64,000 nucleotides of DNA from positions 62,001-126,000 of the forward strand of contig JAAOMT010000599.1 in NCBI GenBank assembly GCA_016748015.1. The letters are read 5' to 3'. This stretch comes from Geosiphon pyriformis uo1. Taxonomy: Eukaryota > Fungi > Glomeromycota. The notes below the pieces were generated by a model. The model saw nothing but the letters and a program-made list of their open reading frames with translations, made no database searches and had not been told where the DNA came from. Positions 51,603-64,000 of the stretch are shown here, one piece after another. Made by a program: the position numbers and the translations under genes. Within the stretch, counting starts at the first letter, position 1. Each line of letters starts with the position of its first letter.

Positions 51603-52473
51603 TGTTACAGGTGACTATTTCTGATGTTGGATTAAAGAACAAACCTGTAACTTGGTGCTTAAATCTAGTTGCAGTTGATAGTGGTCTAAAAGTTTGTGTC
51701 TGAAAGGTTTGTATCCGAAGGGTTTGGTTGAGTACTTTGTATAATGGACAGAGATTCAATGGTAATAGTTTTATCCATAGCTTCCCGAAACTGCAGTTTT
51801 GTCAATTTTTTTCTTAGCTTGATGGCTGGTATTCCTTCTGGTAAGCTATCTTTAATCAAGTGTTCTACCCTTATTTCTGGGTCTTTTACCAGTCATGTTT
51901 ATCCTGACATCAGTACCCCATGCATTAATTCTCAATAGAGTTAGTAAACAACAATAAAATCAAGGCAAGAAATAAAGAAAAAAAAGAAAAATAAAGAAAG
52001 AAAAGAAATAAGCCAAGACAATTTACAAGTTAGTATTCCGTCAATAGCCATAATTAAGAGCTATTGTTCCAGTGTGGTTAAGTATCAATTACTATTAACA
52101 TGAAGTGTTGATAGTGGCAGCAGGTTTGAGATAACAAACAGTTATTTATTTGTGGTTTGGAAAGTTGTCTAGATGAAATCTAAACAGAAATGTCTGTCTT
52201 TTTAGCTTCTAATTCTATTGCTATATATACATATTTGAGATTCCTCAATTCTTCAATTCTTCACAACAGGAATTCTGGGATTCATGGAATCCTGCAATTC
52301 TTTTGAGAGGAATTCTGGAATTTTGGAATCTTGCGATTCCTTGTAAGAATTCTGTAATTCCTGGAATCCTGCAATTCCTGAGAGAAATCATGGAATTTCA
52401 TATTTTACTACATCTACTTCTGATTGGTTAATAACTATGCTAATATATATTCCCTATATTTCTATGAGTAACA
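51603..52473 (-). repeat. 5' LTR of B (871 bp)
   Basis: Direct repeat of 42548-43378 plus one extra 40-bp unit in the ggaatcctg array. Confidence 0.97.
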
Positions 52474-53177
52474 CCACCCAAACCCAAAGACACAGAAACA
52501 GCTCTGTGATTCATATCAAAATGTTTACTGACAATAAAAACATTGTGCTGCATTATTGTATTTACCAGATTCGAGAAAACAAACACATAATTAATAGTCT
52601 TTGCAACACTCTGAGAATTGCTCCAAGTTGGTGTCTTAGTAAAGAAGCTCCCACCCAAAGAATTAACCAAACCCAAATCATGGCACTTTTTAAAACTAGT
52701 GCACTTATAAGAGCCATTTTTGTTGAAATCACCACTAAAAATAACAAAAAAAAATTCATTCATAGTCCTCGCAATCAAAGAATTGATCTCATTAGCCTGG
52801 AAAAATTGAGTAGCCAAGAAGGCACCAGCATACAGTCCCAGAATCGAAACCAAAAGTTTATTCTTGAAAAGTAACCTAATACAAAGAAGATGATCTGGGA
52901 CCTCAGAAATCTTATATATATGCTTAGCCAAAGATCTGTTCATAACAATTGCGATACCAGCATCCACATAGCCAGAGTCCAAACCAAAAGAAAACATGCA
53001 AACATCATTAAATTTGTCAACTAACCAAGAGCAAACTTTATTTTTTAACTTTGTTTCTGTGAAAATTAAAACCAAATTGTCTATATCTTTATGTCATCAA
53101 ACAATATCATCCTGTTTCACAGGAACATTCATACCTCTAACATTACACATAGCAACTTTCTACACAAGATTACTTAT
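52474..53177 (-). pseudogene. LINE 2 ORF2, 5' part (APE endonuclease)
   Basis: CNVRG, FTETKL, SGDFNKNG, TWSN..TINYVF, FDMNHRAV. Confidence 0.9.
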
Positions 53178-54994
53178 TGAGAAGAAATCAGAGAAGTGAT
53201 ACCACTAGCCAAAGCCAAACTATCAAAGTGAGCAGACAAGATCAACACAGACTTGGAGAGACCTTCCAACATATTTTCCAGTTTGACAATATAAGGGGAT
53301 GCTGCTGAGTTCACAATCGGATCAATTTTGTCACTAATGACTTTACCCAAACTCATTCTCATCACTATATTTTCCCCTTGATTTTGTAATGGGGGGGCCA
53401 CTGGCAGCTGACATCTAAGACTAGACTGGGAAACTGCTGGCACAAGTGACTTCAACCTCTTAGCCAACTCACTAATCTGTCTGACAAGGCTAACAAGACT
53501 GCTTTCAATTCTGATCAGATGTAATTCCAAGTTGTCTACAACTGGAGAAAAGGGTTTACCAATTTTATTGGAACCAAGAGACATACCAGCACCATAAGAA
53601 GTGTGCACAGAAAGAGCACCAACTACTGATGTCCAAGTTTTACCATCGAAAGCCAAAGAACAAGAAATAGGTGCAGACTTCTTCACATAAATTCTAGCCA
53701 ACCTGAACTGGTTTTGAGCCAAAAAGGGAGTTTTTCTGCCACCCAGAACCACAGCATCCTTAACTGACCAACCACTGAGAGATATATAACCAAAACCTTT
53801 GCAAACTACACATAAAGCCTGAGAGAAATGAGACCAGTGAAGACCAACACTCTTTATAACTGGAGTCACTGTCATAGTATTAACCAAAACCAACTTAGAG
53901 TCAAAACATACAGTGACACAGCAGGCACAAAAATAACTGACAGAGTCATGATCAATAAAGCATGTCTTTCCATCAACAGAACCAATAAAATCTCACAAAT
54001 CATGAACAGTAGTTTTCATGAAGAGAGTATACAGCAAAGCTCTAAAACTATCTCAGACATTCTACGAATGTTTGTTAATGTCAGCCCTGGTCACTTATAC
54101 CGCATTTTTTCTAATTAGGATAGATTATTTGGCAGCTAACAGATCAGCCTGATTCTGATCTTCCAATTTAATGATCGCTTTCTGTCACAAATCTACCAGT
54201 TGCATTTTGATTATCTTAATTACCCCAAATTTGGACACGGCCATGTGCACAGCCTCTACAGATGTTTTTACTAGAATTTCTTTCAGCACAATTGCCTGAT
54301 TCATACAATTGCTGCCAGGGCGCTTAAGATTAGTGTTTACCATAATACCACAATCATTTGCTAATCTAGTCACAGCCATCATTGCTGCTTCTGAAGTCAA
54401 AGTTGCATGGATAATTCTACCAAATTTTGAGAGAGTAAAGACCCCCTCAAAACCATTTACATCTGAAAAAGTTTTCCTGACAAAATTCAATTTTTCTTGA
54501 AAGAATTTCCCAGCCACTTTATCAAATCCAATGTCTAAAGCAAATGATTTCCAAACAGAGATATTAACCAAATTTTTCAAAGAAGGGGGAAGTTCCAAAG
54601 GACCATCTGACAGAACATTATTCATATCACTATGATTTGCGAAATCTATTCTCTCTAATGGCTTGTCCAATGCCTTTTTAGTTTTAATATCCAGCTCTTT
54701 AAGTGTTTAATTAAGATCTCTATCAATGAGAATTCCACTCTTACCATAGTCAAAACTAGTTTTCTCAACCAAACATTTCTCCTCTATATCAACACTATCA
54801 GACTCAAAGGTATCACCAGTCTTAGAACCCTATGAGTAACCACTTAGTTCTTTAACAGAACTCTTCTTGTCTCTAATATTTTCCTCCAAAGCACCATCTT
54901 TTCTCTTTTTCCTTAATAAAACAGGTTTGAAACCCCCACCAAAGCCAGAATTTTTAACAATCTTTTTTATAACAGCAATACTGGGGCCAACCAT
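53174..54994 (-). pseudogene. LINE 2 ORF1
   Basis: ATG at 54994; fragments 54185-54670 and 53174-53893 with a decayed knuckle CVVCKGFGYISLSG. Confidence 0.85.
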
Positions 54995-55105
54995 GGCTTT
55001 GAAATCAAAAAAAGATTTAAACTTATCATATTGAATTGTAAAAAACTTCTTTCAGAAAAAACTTTTGACCCTTTTTTGGGAATTTAGGACAAAGAAAAAA
55101 AGAAG

Positions 55106-56175
55106 TTTTTTTTTTTTTATTTTTTTATTTTTATGTTTATTATTACTGTTTTTTTTTTTGTTTTTTTTTAACTGGTTTAGAAGTGTTTTTTTTGTAAATT
55201 AATGTTTTAAATATTTATTTTAGTTTTCTACCAAATAATCAAGAAGATTAGTGCTAGTATAAATTAATTTTGGCTATTAAATTGGGCTTTTAATAAAGTT
55301 TTTTGGTCTTGAAAATTGATTGAGTAGTGAATTTGATATTTGTGTTTAAGCAAGCAAAACAAAAAAAAGTGTAATAAAAAATAGTAGTTTAAAATTGGTT
55401 TTTTGTTCAGATATTTGCAAGTGTTAAAAAATTGTATTTATTGTGTTGAATATTGTATAAACTGATTAATTGTTTTTTTTTGTTTTTTTTTTTTGTTTTA
55501 AATTCAGACTTAAATTTAAGAACAAATTGTAAATTAACAAAATATTTTTTTTTGCAAAACTTAATAATATTGTAATTAAGTTTTTTATAATAAATAATAT
55601 AATTATTAGCACTAATATTTTCTGGGTCTTTATTTGAGTAGTAAATAAAGTTTTTAAGAAGATTTGTTTAACTTCTGTAATATTATAGTTTTTAAAAAAA
55701 CAATTATTGATTTAGTTTTTAATGTATTAAAAAAGTGTTTTCTTAAAAGCTGTAATTCTATTTTGAATTTCAAATTGTTGTTTGAAGTAAGTGTAAATTA
55801 ACTGATAGTATTCTAGAATTATTATGTTTAATACAGTTACTATTTTAATTTAGTTATTGTTATAATATTTTTAGAAAAGTACCAAATATTATTAGAGATT
55901 TTTTTATCTTTTTTTAAATGTTGTTAATTCTATTTTGCTGTAAATTCACATTTTCTGAAAGCTGTTGAATTTTTAATAATTGAATTTATCTTTAAATTAT
56001 CTTTTATAATTTAAATTATTGGATTTATAAATAAAATAACCAATTTTGTATTAATTGTTTGTATAGTTACTTTGCAGTAAAAGTTAACTCTTTTTTAGAA
56101 AATGCTTATCTGAAAACTTATTAAAAATGTGTAGTTACTTTGTTATAAAAGTTATATCTGTAAGCTATCTTAATG

Positions 56176-56238
<63 letters not shown>

Positions 56239-56240
56239 TA
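55106..56240 (-). mobile_element. Element F, right part (gag N-terminus, decayed PBS, 5' LTR from 55887)
   Basis: agaaaagtaccaaatattattagag corresponds to A aggagagcaccaaatattaccagag; 55887-56180 aligns with 30664-30980. Confidence 0.8.
56181..56234. repeat. (AAT)18 microsatellite
   Basis: Perfect AAT run. Confidence 0.95.
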
Positions 56241-57008
56241 TAAAAAAAAATTCCAATATTTTTTTTAATTAAAATTTTAGAATTCCAAAATTTTAGTAAT
56301 ACTCTTAATAAAAATTTCAAAATTCCAAAAATTTTTATAGAAAAAATTCTAAAATTTTAAGAAATTTTATATAATAAAAATTATGTATATATAATAATAA
56401 AAGTAAAAAAGAAAAAAACAGACAAAAATTTAAGACTTGGGATTTTTTATTTATTTACTTTAAAAATTAGTTTGCTATTATTTGCAATAAAATTATCTAT
56501 TATAAATAAAATTATTAATTACTATTTAATTCATGTTATTATTATTTAATTAAATTATTTACTATTTTTGGTTATGCTAATAATAATTAATATTTAATCA
56601 TATTAAAACAATAATTTTTAATTATAGTTATTAATAAAATATTAAATTTTTAATTTTTTTTAATTTTTTTAATTTTATTTGTTGTGTTTACTAAAATTAA
56701 TTAAAAAAAACACTGAAATTATAATGTCAAAAATTATTTGATAAAAAATACCAAAACAAAACATAGAATAAATAATAAGAATTACTTACTAAAAAATATA
56801 TTTATTAAAATAAATTAGTTATTATGTCAAGAAATTAAACATTAAATATTATTAATTATTTGTCATTAAATCTTTGTCTATTATACAAAAAACTCAACCA
56901 AAACTTTCAGATTACAAAAACTTTTAAAATGTATTCTCATAATTATTTATTAAATATTAAGTTATAAATTTGTTATTTATTTTAATATTCAAATAATTAT
57001 TTGTAATA
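56240..57008 (+). repeat. Decayed B/C-family LTR in opposite orientation
   Basis: aaatctttgtctattatacaaaaaactcaaccaaaactttcaga is the reverse complement of about 42660-42702; ends tgtaata; left edge approximate. Confidence 0.7.
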
Positions 57009-57049
57009 CTATTTGGCTATAGTTAGCTTTTTTTTTAGCTAATTTAAAT

Positions 57050-59251
57050 GCTTTGATAAGTATAACAACTTATGACAGTAAATCAAAATAGACTGAACAT
57101 ATTTTTTTTAAAATACTATTTTTTAATCTTTTAATAAATTGATTTAAAATCTGAAATTTGATATAATATTCTGCTTTATAACTTCAATTTGGCAATAAAT
57201 TCGCTTGAATTAGACAAGATATTAAATAACAGTTTTATTTTAACTTTGTTTAATAATATTAAACTTGTTTTAGAATTGAATTATTATATTAAATTACTAA
57301 AATATTCAAGAAATGCTTTTTTAAATTGGTTAAAGTTTGTGAGTTTTGTTTTTAAATTTTAATATTATGAATTAACATTATTTTTCAAAAAAAAAATAAT
57401 ATTTAAATTGCTTTTTGGTTACTTTAATTATTTGTTTAAATAACTTTTTGTGTTTTTTTAAGCTATATATATATATCTGTTTCTTTTTTTTCTTTTAAAA
57501 AATTTATTAATTATGTAATGTATAGTGTGATTATTTTATTGTTATTTTCTGCTAATAAGTTTATTGATCTGAAAAAAAATGAAATAATATTTTTTTAAAT
57601 GTTCTTAAAAATAATTTCTTTTATATTTAAATTTTTTTAGTTATAAATTTTTTAGTTTTTAGACTGGTTTTTTGTTTTAATAACCAGTTTTGTAATTATT
57701 TTTTTATTGATTTTTTCTTTAAATTTTAATTCAAACTTTTTTTATGATTTTCAAACTTTACTTTGAATTTTGTTTAAAATTTTTTTTTTGAAATAGTAAT
57801 AAATATTCTTTTATAATTAATATATCTTTTTAATTATATTATTTAAGTTTTTTAGTGTAATTAAAAATTCTTGGTATTTGTAAAGTTAATATAAATGATA
57901 ATATAATTCCTAATGAGAATTGGATTTTGTTATCTGAAGAAAAATAATAAAAATTTTTCTAATAAATAAAAGCATAATTTTTTTACTAATTATATAATAT
58001 TTTTTTGAACTATTTAAGTAAGTGTTTTTTGTGAATATTAGATAATTTTTGTTAATGTATTGCTTAATTTTACAATAAATTTAAACAATAATTATGACTA
58101 CTATTGTTGTTTCTTTTGTTGTAAATTGAAATAATTTTCTATATAATTGGAGTTTTGTTTTATATAGGTTTTTTTTCTTCTTATATAATTTATTCTAGTA
58201 TTAATATAATAAATAAAAATGTTTTTAGCTAAATAATATTTTTTTAATAATTTAAAATCACTTTAATATTATAAATAAAAGACACAACAGAATTTAATAA
58301 TAGTAAAATTAAGAGTTTTTGTTACTATTTTGGTTTTTTTTTAATGATAAATTATTGTTAATTATTATTTTTTTTAATTTTTTTTTTAAAATTTATCAAA
58401 TATTATAAAATAGTTTTTTTAATATATTAAATATTAATATTATGTTTTAATCACAATCAGTTTTTCATAAGTTTTTTAATTCTATTTGTATATTAATATT
58501 ATACTAAAAATTTTTTTTAATATTATGATATAAGTTGTTTTTTAATTTTTAATTATTGTGTATATTTATGTATTTCTTTTTAAAAACTGAACTAAAATTT
58601 ACTTGCTGTTTTGAAATTTTTTTTAAAACTATTTTTGCAATTGTTTAATGTGTTTCTTTAATTTAAAAACACAGAATATTTATAATCTTTAATATTTTTC
58701 TTAATTTTTTTAATAAAGCTTTTATTAATTAATAACAATATAAATAATTTTAATCAGGAATTGTTTCTTTAAGAAATTTAGCTAAAAAATAATAATTTTA
58801 TTTAATAAATAATATAAGTAAGTTTTTTAATATTTTGGATTATAATAATTTAGTTTTTAATATATTTTTTCATTTCTTTTTAATTAAAAATTTCTTTAGA
58901 TATTTATTTTAAAAATAAAGATTAAAAGATAATTAAATTAAAAAATTAGAATCTAATAAGTTTATACTATTAAATAAATTGTTTTTTTTTAATATTAAAG
59001 CTATTATATATATAAATATTTGTAGTTTTATAAAAAAACATATTATAATATTTTCTTTTTAATATTTTAATTTAATGTTTACTGCTATTACTATTTGATA
59101 TTTGTTATTATTGCAAGTTAATATTTATTACTATAAGATAATACTTATTACTATATTAATTTTTATTTTTTAAGATTATTATTTTTTTATATTATTATTG
59201 AATAATTTATATTATTTTGTAATTATTTTGTTAAATTTTTAAACTGTAATA
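57050..59251 (-). mobile_element. Decayed family-E element (gag relic plus LTR)
   Basis: 57190-57350 resembles B capsid 50200-50370; 58520-59251 repeats 31722-32544. Confidence 0.6.
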
Positions 59252-59480
59252 ATAGTTTAATTTAATAAAAAACTTAAATTAAATACAAAAATATTTTAAT
59301 AAACTAAGAAATAACAATAAATTTTAATATTTTTATATATTTCTATTAATATAATCTAATATTTTAAATATATAATTATATTTTAAAAGTAATTATATAT
59401 AAAAAATACATAATTTAAATTTATACTTTAGTTTTTAAAAATAAAAACAATTTAAGTTTTTGGTAAGATTATATTTAATT

Positions 59481-62400
59481 AATTATTATTAAAGATTTTA
59501 CAAATGCAACCCAACTACTACCTAAGTACATAGAATACACAGAATCTAAATTAAGCATGGCTCATGCTCTTTCTACACGTGACTAGCTACTCAGGCCAAC
59601 CAAAGCAGCACTACACATTCAGAACTCCCGCTAAAAGAAAACCACTCAAGAAACCAAAGTCTGATTTTGTAAGGCACAGATACAACCCAAAGCATATGTG
59701 AACACCCAACCTGAAACCAAAATCTTGGATTGACTCAGCAGACCACAAGGAAAACAGACCAGACACTGACAAAAAAAAGGAGCCATCTCACAGCAGAAGG
59801 TTATGCTTCTCATAATAGGATCTCAACTTAGCTGCTGGTATCCAAATGGCTGACCTGTGACTCTCAGCAAAACAACGAACAAAATCGACAACCAACACAC
59901 TTCCACCAAAACCAGCACCCAAACGGCTTACTGTGTTAGCCACCCAGTCTTTCAACACAAAACCTTTAGCCAGTGCTATAAATAGATCAATGGAAGACCC
60001 AGCCTTATGCAGTGAATTAGCAATCGCATTCCCATCGGCAGCAATTCCCAATACTGCATTCCACTCCATAGAAGCATCTGACAACAAAGTTTCCCGAACA
60101 TTGGCATCATGAGTGCAGGAAAACATGTGATCGGAGTCCTCCACCAACTCACACTGAATGCATGCAATACTTGGATATCTCAGATTGTACAATCTTTTCC
60201 TTTTGGCCACTGGTAAGTGGTGGTGGAGCGCTTTCATAAGATATAACCAAAGTGTCACTGATGTACTACTGGTGTAGCCAGATTTGATCTTGCCATCAGG
60301 ATGCCAAACACAAAAAGTATTGGTCTTATCAAAATGGTTACAGAAATCCGCTCTAATGAAGCTACCAAAACATTTGGCCTTCCAACCAACAGAGTGAACA
60401 GCATTAAACAATTTTTTGACAATATAACAAGCATTCCCAGAGACAGGCCTGTCTTCAAATCTGAGAAAGTGATAAGGAACCACAAGGGGCAGAAAGAACT
60501 TAGAGGCAACAGCAGCATCAGCATAGAAATTGGCATGTTCATTCTCAACAACACCAGAATGACTCTTGACTTTGTTCTAAGTAACCGACAAGTCTTTTCT
60601 AAAGATGACATGGCGAATATGTTCCTTCTTGATCCAGCATTTGTCACAAAAATCAGGACTAAACACACCACCACCAGATTTGCACAAGTCCAGTGAGGCC
60701 TGGCTGTCAGTAAACAAAACAACAAACCGAAAAGCGGGACACACTCTAAAGCTAGTGCAATAGCTTGCAGCTCCACCAGAGTTGAGGATAACAACCCATC
60801 CACCCTGACCCCAATGCTAATGTTTGCATCCAGAAAGTAGGCAGCAGCACCACCACAAGCATCCAATGAACCCAAACTTTTGATGGAACCATCTGTATAG
60901 ACAGTCACTAAATTCAAATCAGAATCCAGTAAATGCTCATTAACATAACCGAAGTTACAAAGAGAGTCAACGAGAGCTGAACAATGAGACAATGCCACAT
61001 GATTTGACAAACTGCCTTCTTTAATAAATTCAACTAATGAGACAAACCAAACAGAAACTGGGCCTCTAGGGTTCAGCTTCTTCCACCTGCGAAAAGTGTT
61101 CCACTCAAAACAAGCACCTTAGTGGTTCAAAAGCTGATGAATGAACACTATGCTGTACCTCCTAAGAGACTTTGCTACACACAAATAAGACTCTAAACCG
61201 AGCACGTCTAAAACTGCAATACTATTCTTGGCCCAAAAAACATCAGGCAGATCACCACCCAATGAGAGGTTGCACAACTTGAGAACACATGTCGTACCAG
61301 CCAAAAAGTAATTTATGGAATTAATCAGCAAATTGATCAAAACTCTTAGAGAGTGTCGGGACATCCAGCTAGTGGTCTGCAATTTCATGGCTTTGTGCTC
61401 TAATAGTTTACCAAGAATTCCACCAGCATTTGTAAACACAACCAAGCCAGTCAATATATTCTCAGCCAGCATCTGTTCAAAAGTCTTTAAACTGTATAAT
61501 TCCAGATGATACAAAGCCTCGTTTGGAAAATTCTTGGGTAGATTGGCCTTGAGCTTTAACCTTTTTCTTAACATTTTGTCCCACTTTTCACAAATACTCT
61601 TAGAGATACAACTGAACTGAAGCCTGTAACCAATTATGGATTGCAAAACAGCAGATACCAAATACAAAAATTGCTTCTCAGTAACAGCTTTCCTTAGCAT
61701 AACATTTGAAAAGAATCTGATATCCGAATAGGCTTTGGCCAAACTTGGCTTAGATAGGCCATCTGTAGAAAGAAAAATCCCCAAGTATCAGTAAGACACA
61801 CCCTTCTTGGCAATAAAAATTATAGAGCCACTGATTGACAAAAAAACCTCCCTGGCCCCTCGATTGATAGGAATGACAACTGTTTTGTCTGTGTTGATAG
61901 CAATATCATTAATTGAAAAGAATTCACTCGCAATGTCCAAAATGCATTGTGTGGCCGCCAGACAATTCCCAACCCAAATAGTGTCATCCACAAAGACACC
62001 AGCTGCAAAAAAGGAGGTTCTGCTACTCTTAGAGTCAGCTCTACCTGTCCTGGTAAAAAATTTAGAATTCAACCTATAGCCGTACAATTGTTCATGTCTT
62101 TTGACTTCACAAAGCAGAGGGTCATAAAAAATCTTCCACAACAATGGTGAAAAAACTTCCCCTTGATCCAATCCATCATGAACAGCATATCCATCAGTTA
62201 GACCAAAGTCTGTCATTACCCAATTGGACCGATTATTGTGTATATTTCCAAAAAGTTCAATAAAACGGGGGCACATTTTGATCCTAATTAGACTATTTTG
62301 CAGATGGGGCCACCCAACTAAGTCATAAGCTTTTCGCATATCCTGAAGCACTAGCCAAAGCTCCCTGTCCTTCTCAAGTGCATCTTCAACAATAGAACCA

Positions 62401-64000
62401 ATGGTGAAAATAGGAGTTTAAGTAGATGTATCCTTTAAAACCGAAAAATTGTCCTCACAAAAGACATTAGAAACACTACAAGCCAGAGATATTCTGTCAG
62501 AAAGAATCTTAGACAGTATCTTTCTGGCTGTCTCAATCAAAGCTATTGGTCTGGTATTGGTAAGTGTTCTTTCCCAATCATAGAGCTTTGGTATCATGGA
62601 AACTCAGACTTGCCTCCACTGTAAAGGAACTGCCCTTAACTTTAAACACACATTAAGAATGTCAAGCAGACCACCCAGAACCTGAGCATCCCCATGCTTC
62701 CAAAGCTCATTAAGAATACCAGACATGCCAGCAGCTTTCTCATCAGGCAGTTTTTTGACCACTAAGAGAAACTCATCTGATTTAATCACATTCATGACCT
62801 TCAAGAATGCATCATCACTGACATAGTCCAAGGGAGCATATTGATTAGACCAATGAACAGGCAGAGAGATGGGAGCAACCCTTTTCCTTGTCCATCCCTC
62901 CATAATGTTATCAACAGCAGATTTAACCTCTTTGGGCTCCAAAATCAGCTCATTGTCCAATATCAGATGGTCCAGCACAACTTTTTTGAATGGCCGATTC
63001 AAAACACTTTTGATCATAAGTCCCTTATTGGAGCTAAAGTTTTCTATTCATTTGTCTATTGCTTTTCTGATTGAAATATCTTTGGCCACCCTAGACTCGT
63101 AGTATTTAGACTTATGGTACAATTTTTTGACCCTTGATAGGTGTTGAAGAATGCTCACTCTGCTCACATTATCATCAAACATTGTGCATGCTTTGGAGGC
63201 CCCCTTATTATCAAGATCAGACCACACCTTGAGGAAGTAAGCAGCATCCAATACTTGATCCAAGCTCAAACATTTCATCAACTTGGCCACCAACAACTCC
63301 AACTTGAAAAACTTCGAAGACAGCTTATTTTTCAAACAATCAAACTTACTAAACCAATGTCTAGAAAACACCTTATCTGCTGAGTAAAAGACCACATCCT
63401 TAAGGATTCTCCACATGGCATCCAAATCTCCATTAACTTTCGCATCATTGAATAAAACTATGTTTCCCAAGAACCTGTCTAAAGAATATTCCCTAAAGTG
63501 TAACCACTTATTAGCATCTGCATCTTTGATCTTGAATTTCCACTTATCTTTATTGGTTTGTTTGCACTCACTATTAAGACAGGAATCCAAGAGACCACCC
63601 AAACCAACAGAAACCAGAACAGCATTATGATCAGTGTCAAAGAAATCAGAAACAGAAGAGATATCATGACCAGCCAAAGCAGATGACAAACTTTTGCTCA
63701 CAAAAATGTAGTCGATAACTTTCACGACACCCTGGGAATTGCCTCAAGTGGAAGCTTTGACCAGAGGATGTCTGCCAAAGAAGTTGACCAACTCCAAATC
63801 TGAGCAAAACTTAAGACTAGCACTCTTTCTAGATCCGTCCTCATTGAAATTACCACTCAGAACCATGAATGTGGAAGAATTGGCAGTCTTGGCAATAAGA
63901 GAGTTAATTTCGCAAGCTTGGCCAAATCTAGTCTCAGCAAAAGCACCTGCATATAGGCCCAAAATCACAACTGACAACTTACCCTTAAAAAGGAGCCAAA
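59481..64000 (-). mobile_element. LINE copy 3, the least decayed; continues past the window end
   Basis: 3' UTR 59490-59610; long ORF2 fragments; GC-rich relative to the rest of the window (28/60 G+C on line 60781). Confidence 0.95.
59611..64000 (-). pseudogene. LINE 3 ORF2 (APE end, RT, RNase H, CCHC)
   Basis: IDYIF..DTDHNAV; LQDMRKAYD; GLDQGEVFSPLLW; FVDDT; VYTDGS..VELQAIALAL; CIQCELVEDSDHMFSC. Confidence 0.95.

Larger units (their letters stand above)
42548..52473 (-). mobile_element. Full-length Ty3/Gypsy LTR retrotransposon B (9926 bp), inactivated
   Basis: LTRs with TGTTAC...GTAACA termini; 4-bp TSD ccac (42544-42547 / 52474-52477); removal restores LINE VSLGLGGLLDTR. Confidence 0.97.
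38433..55105 (-). mobile_element. Full-length LINE copy 2 (about 6.7 kb net), inserted in F and split by element B
   Basis: poly(A) at 38433-38446, 3' UTR, ORF2, ORF1 (ATG 54994), 5' UTR to about 55105. Confidence 0.92.

Noticed and set aside
51604-51922. A ~100-codon ORF inside the B LTR (MHGVLMSG...)
   Set aside because: Several stops are shared at identical positions by both LTRs

Overview
AT-rich eukaryotic, probably fungal, DNA made almost entirely of nested and decayed transposable elements. I find no host gene, RNA gene or CRISPR array. The protein fragments resemble, from memory only, TE proteins of Glomeromycotina such as Geosiphon; this is unverified. Contents: (i) three RNase H-bearing LINEs (133-5825; 38433-55105 split by an LTR element; 59481-end), a 5'-truncated LINE and an apparent ORF1-only non-autonomous LINE; (ii) two complete Ty3/Gypsy elements, A (21762-31647) and B (42548-52473), with LTRs, PBS, PPT and 4-bp TSDs, plus several older relatives; (iii) a ~4.4-kb DNA transposon with short TIRs and an Academ/DUF6589-like DDE transposase (17451-31721, split by A). 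The most interesting signal is the architecture shared by the divergent Gypsy families. It comprises an ATG-depleted, apparently GUG-initiated N-terminal Gag extension, then capsid, CCHC, protease, a 12-Cys insert, dUTPase plus a degenerate dUTPase-like repeat, RT, RNase H, an integrase ending in a conserved LEPI(V/I)(V/I)I tail, and a conserved non-Env third ORF overlapping the PPT. All copies show directional C>T/G>A hypermutation that is not limited to CpG.
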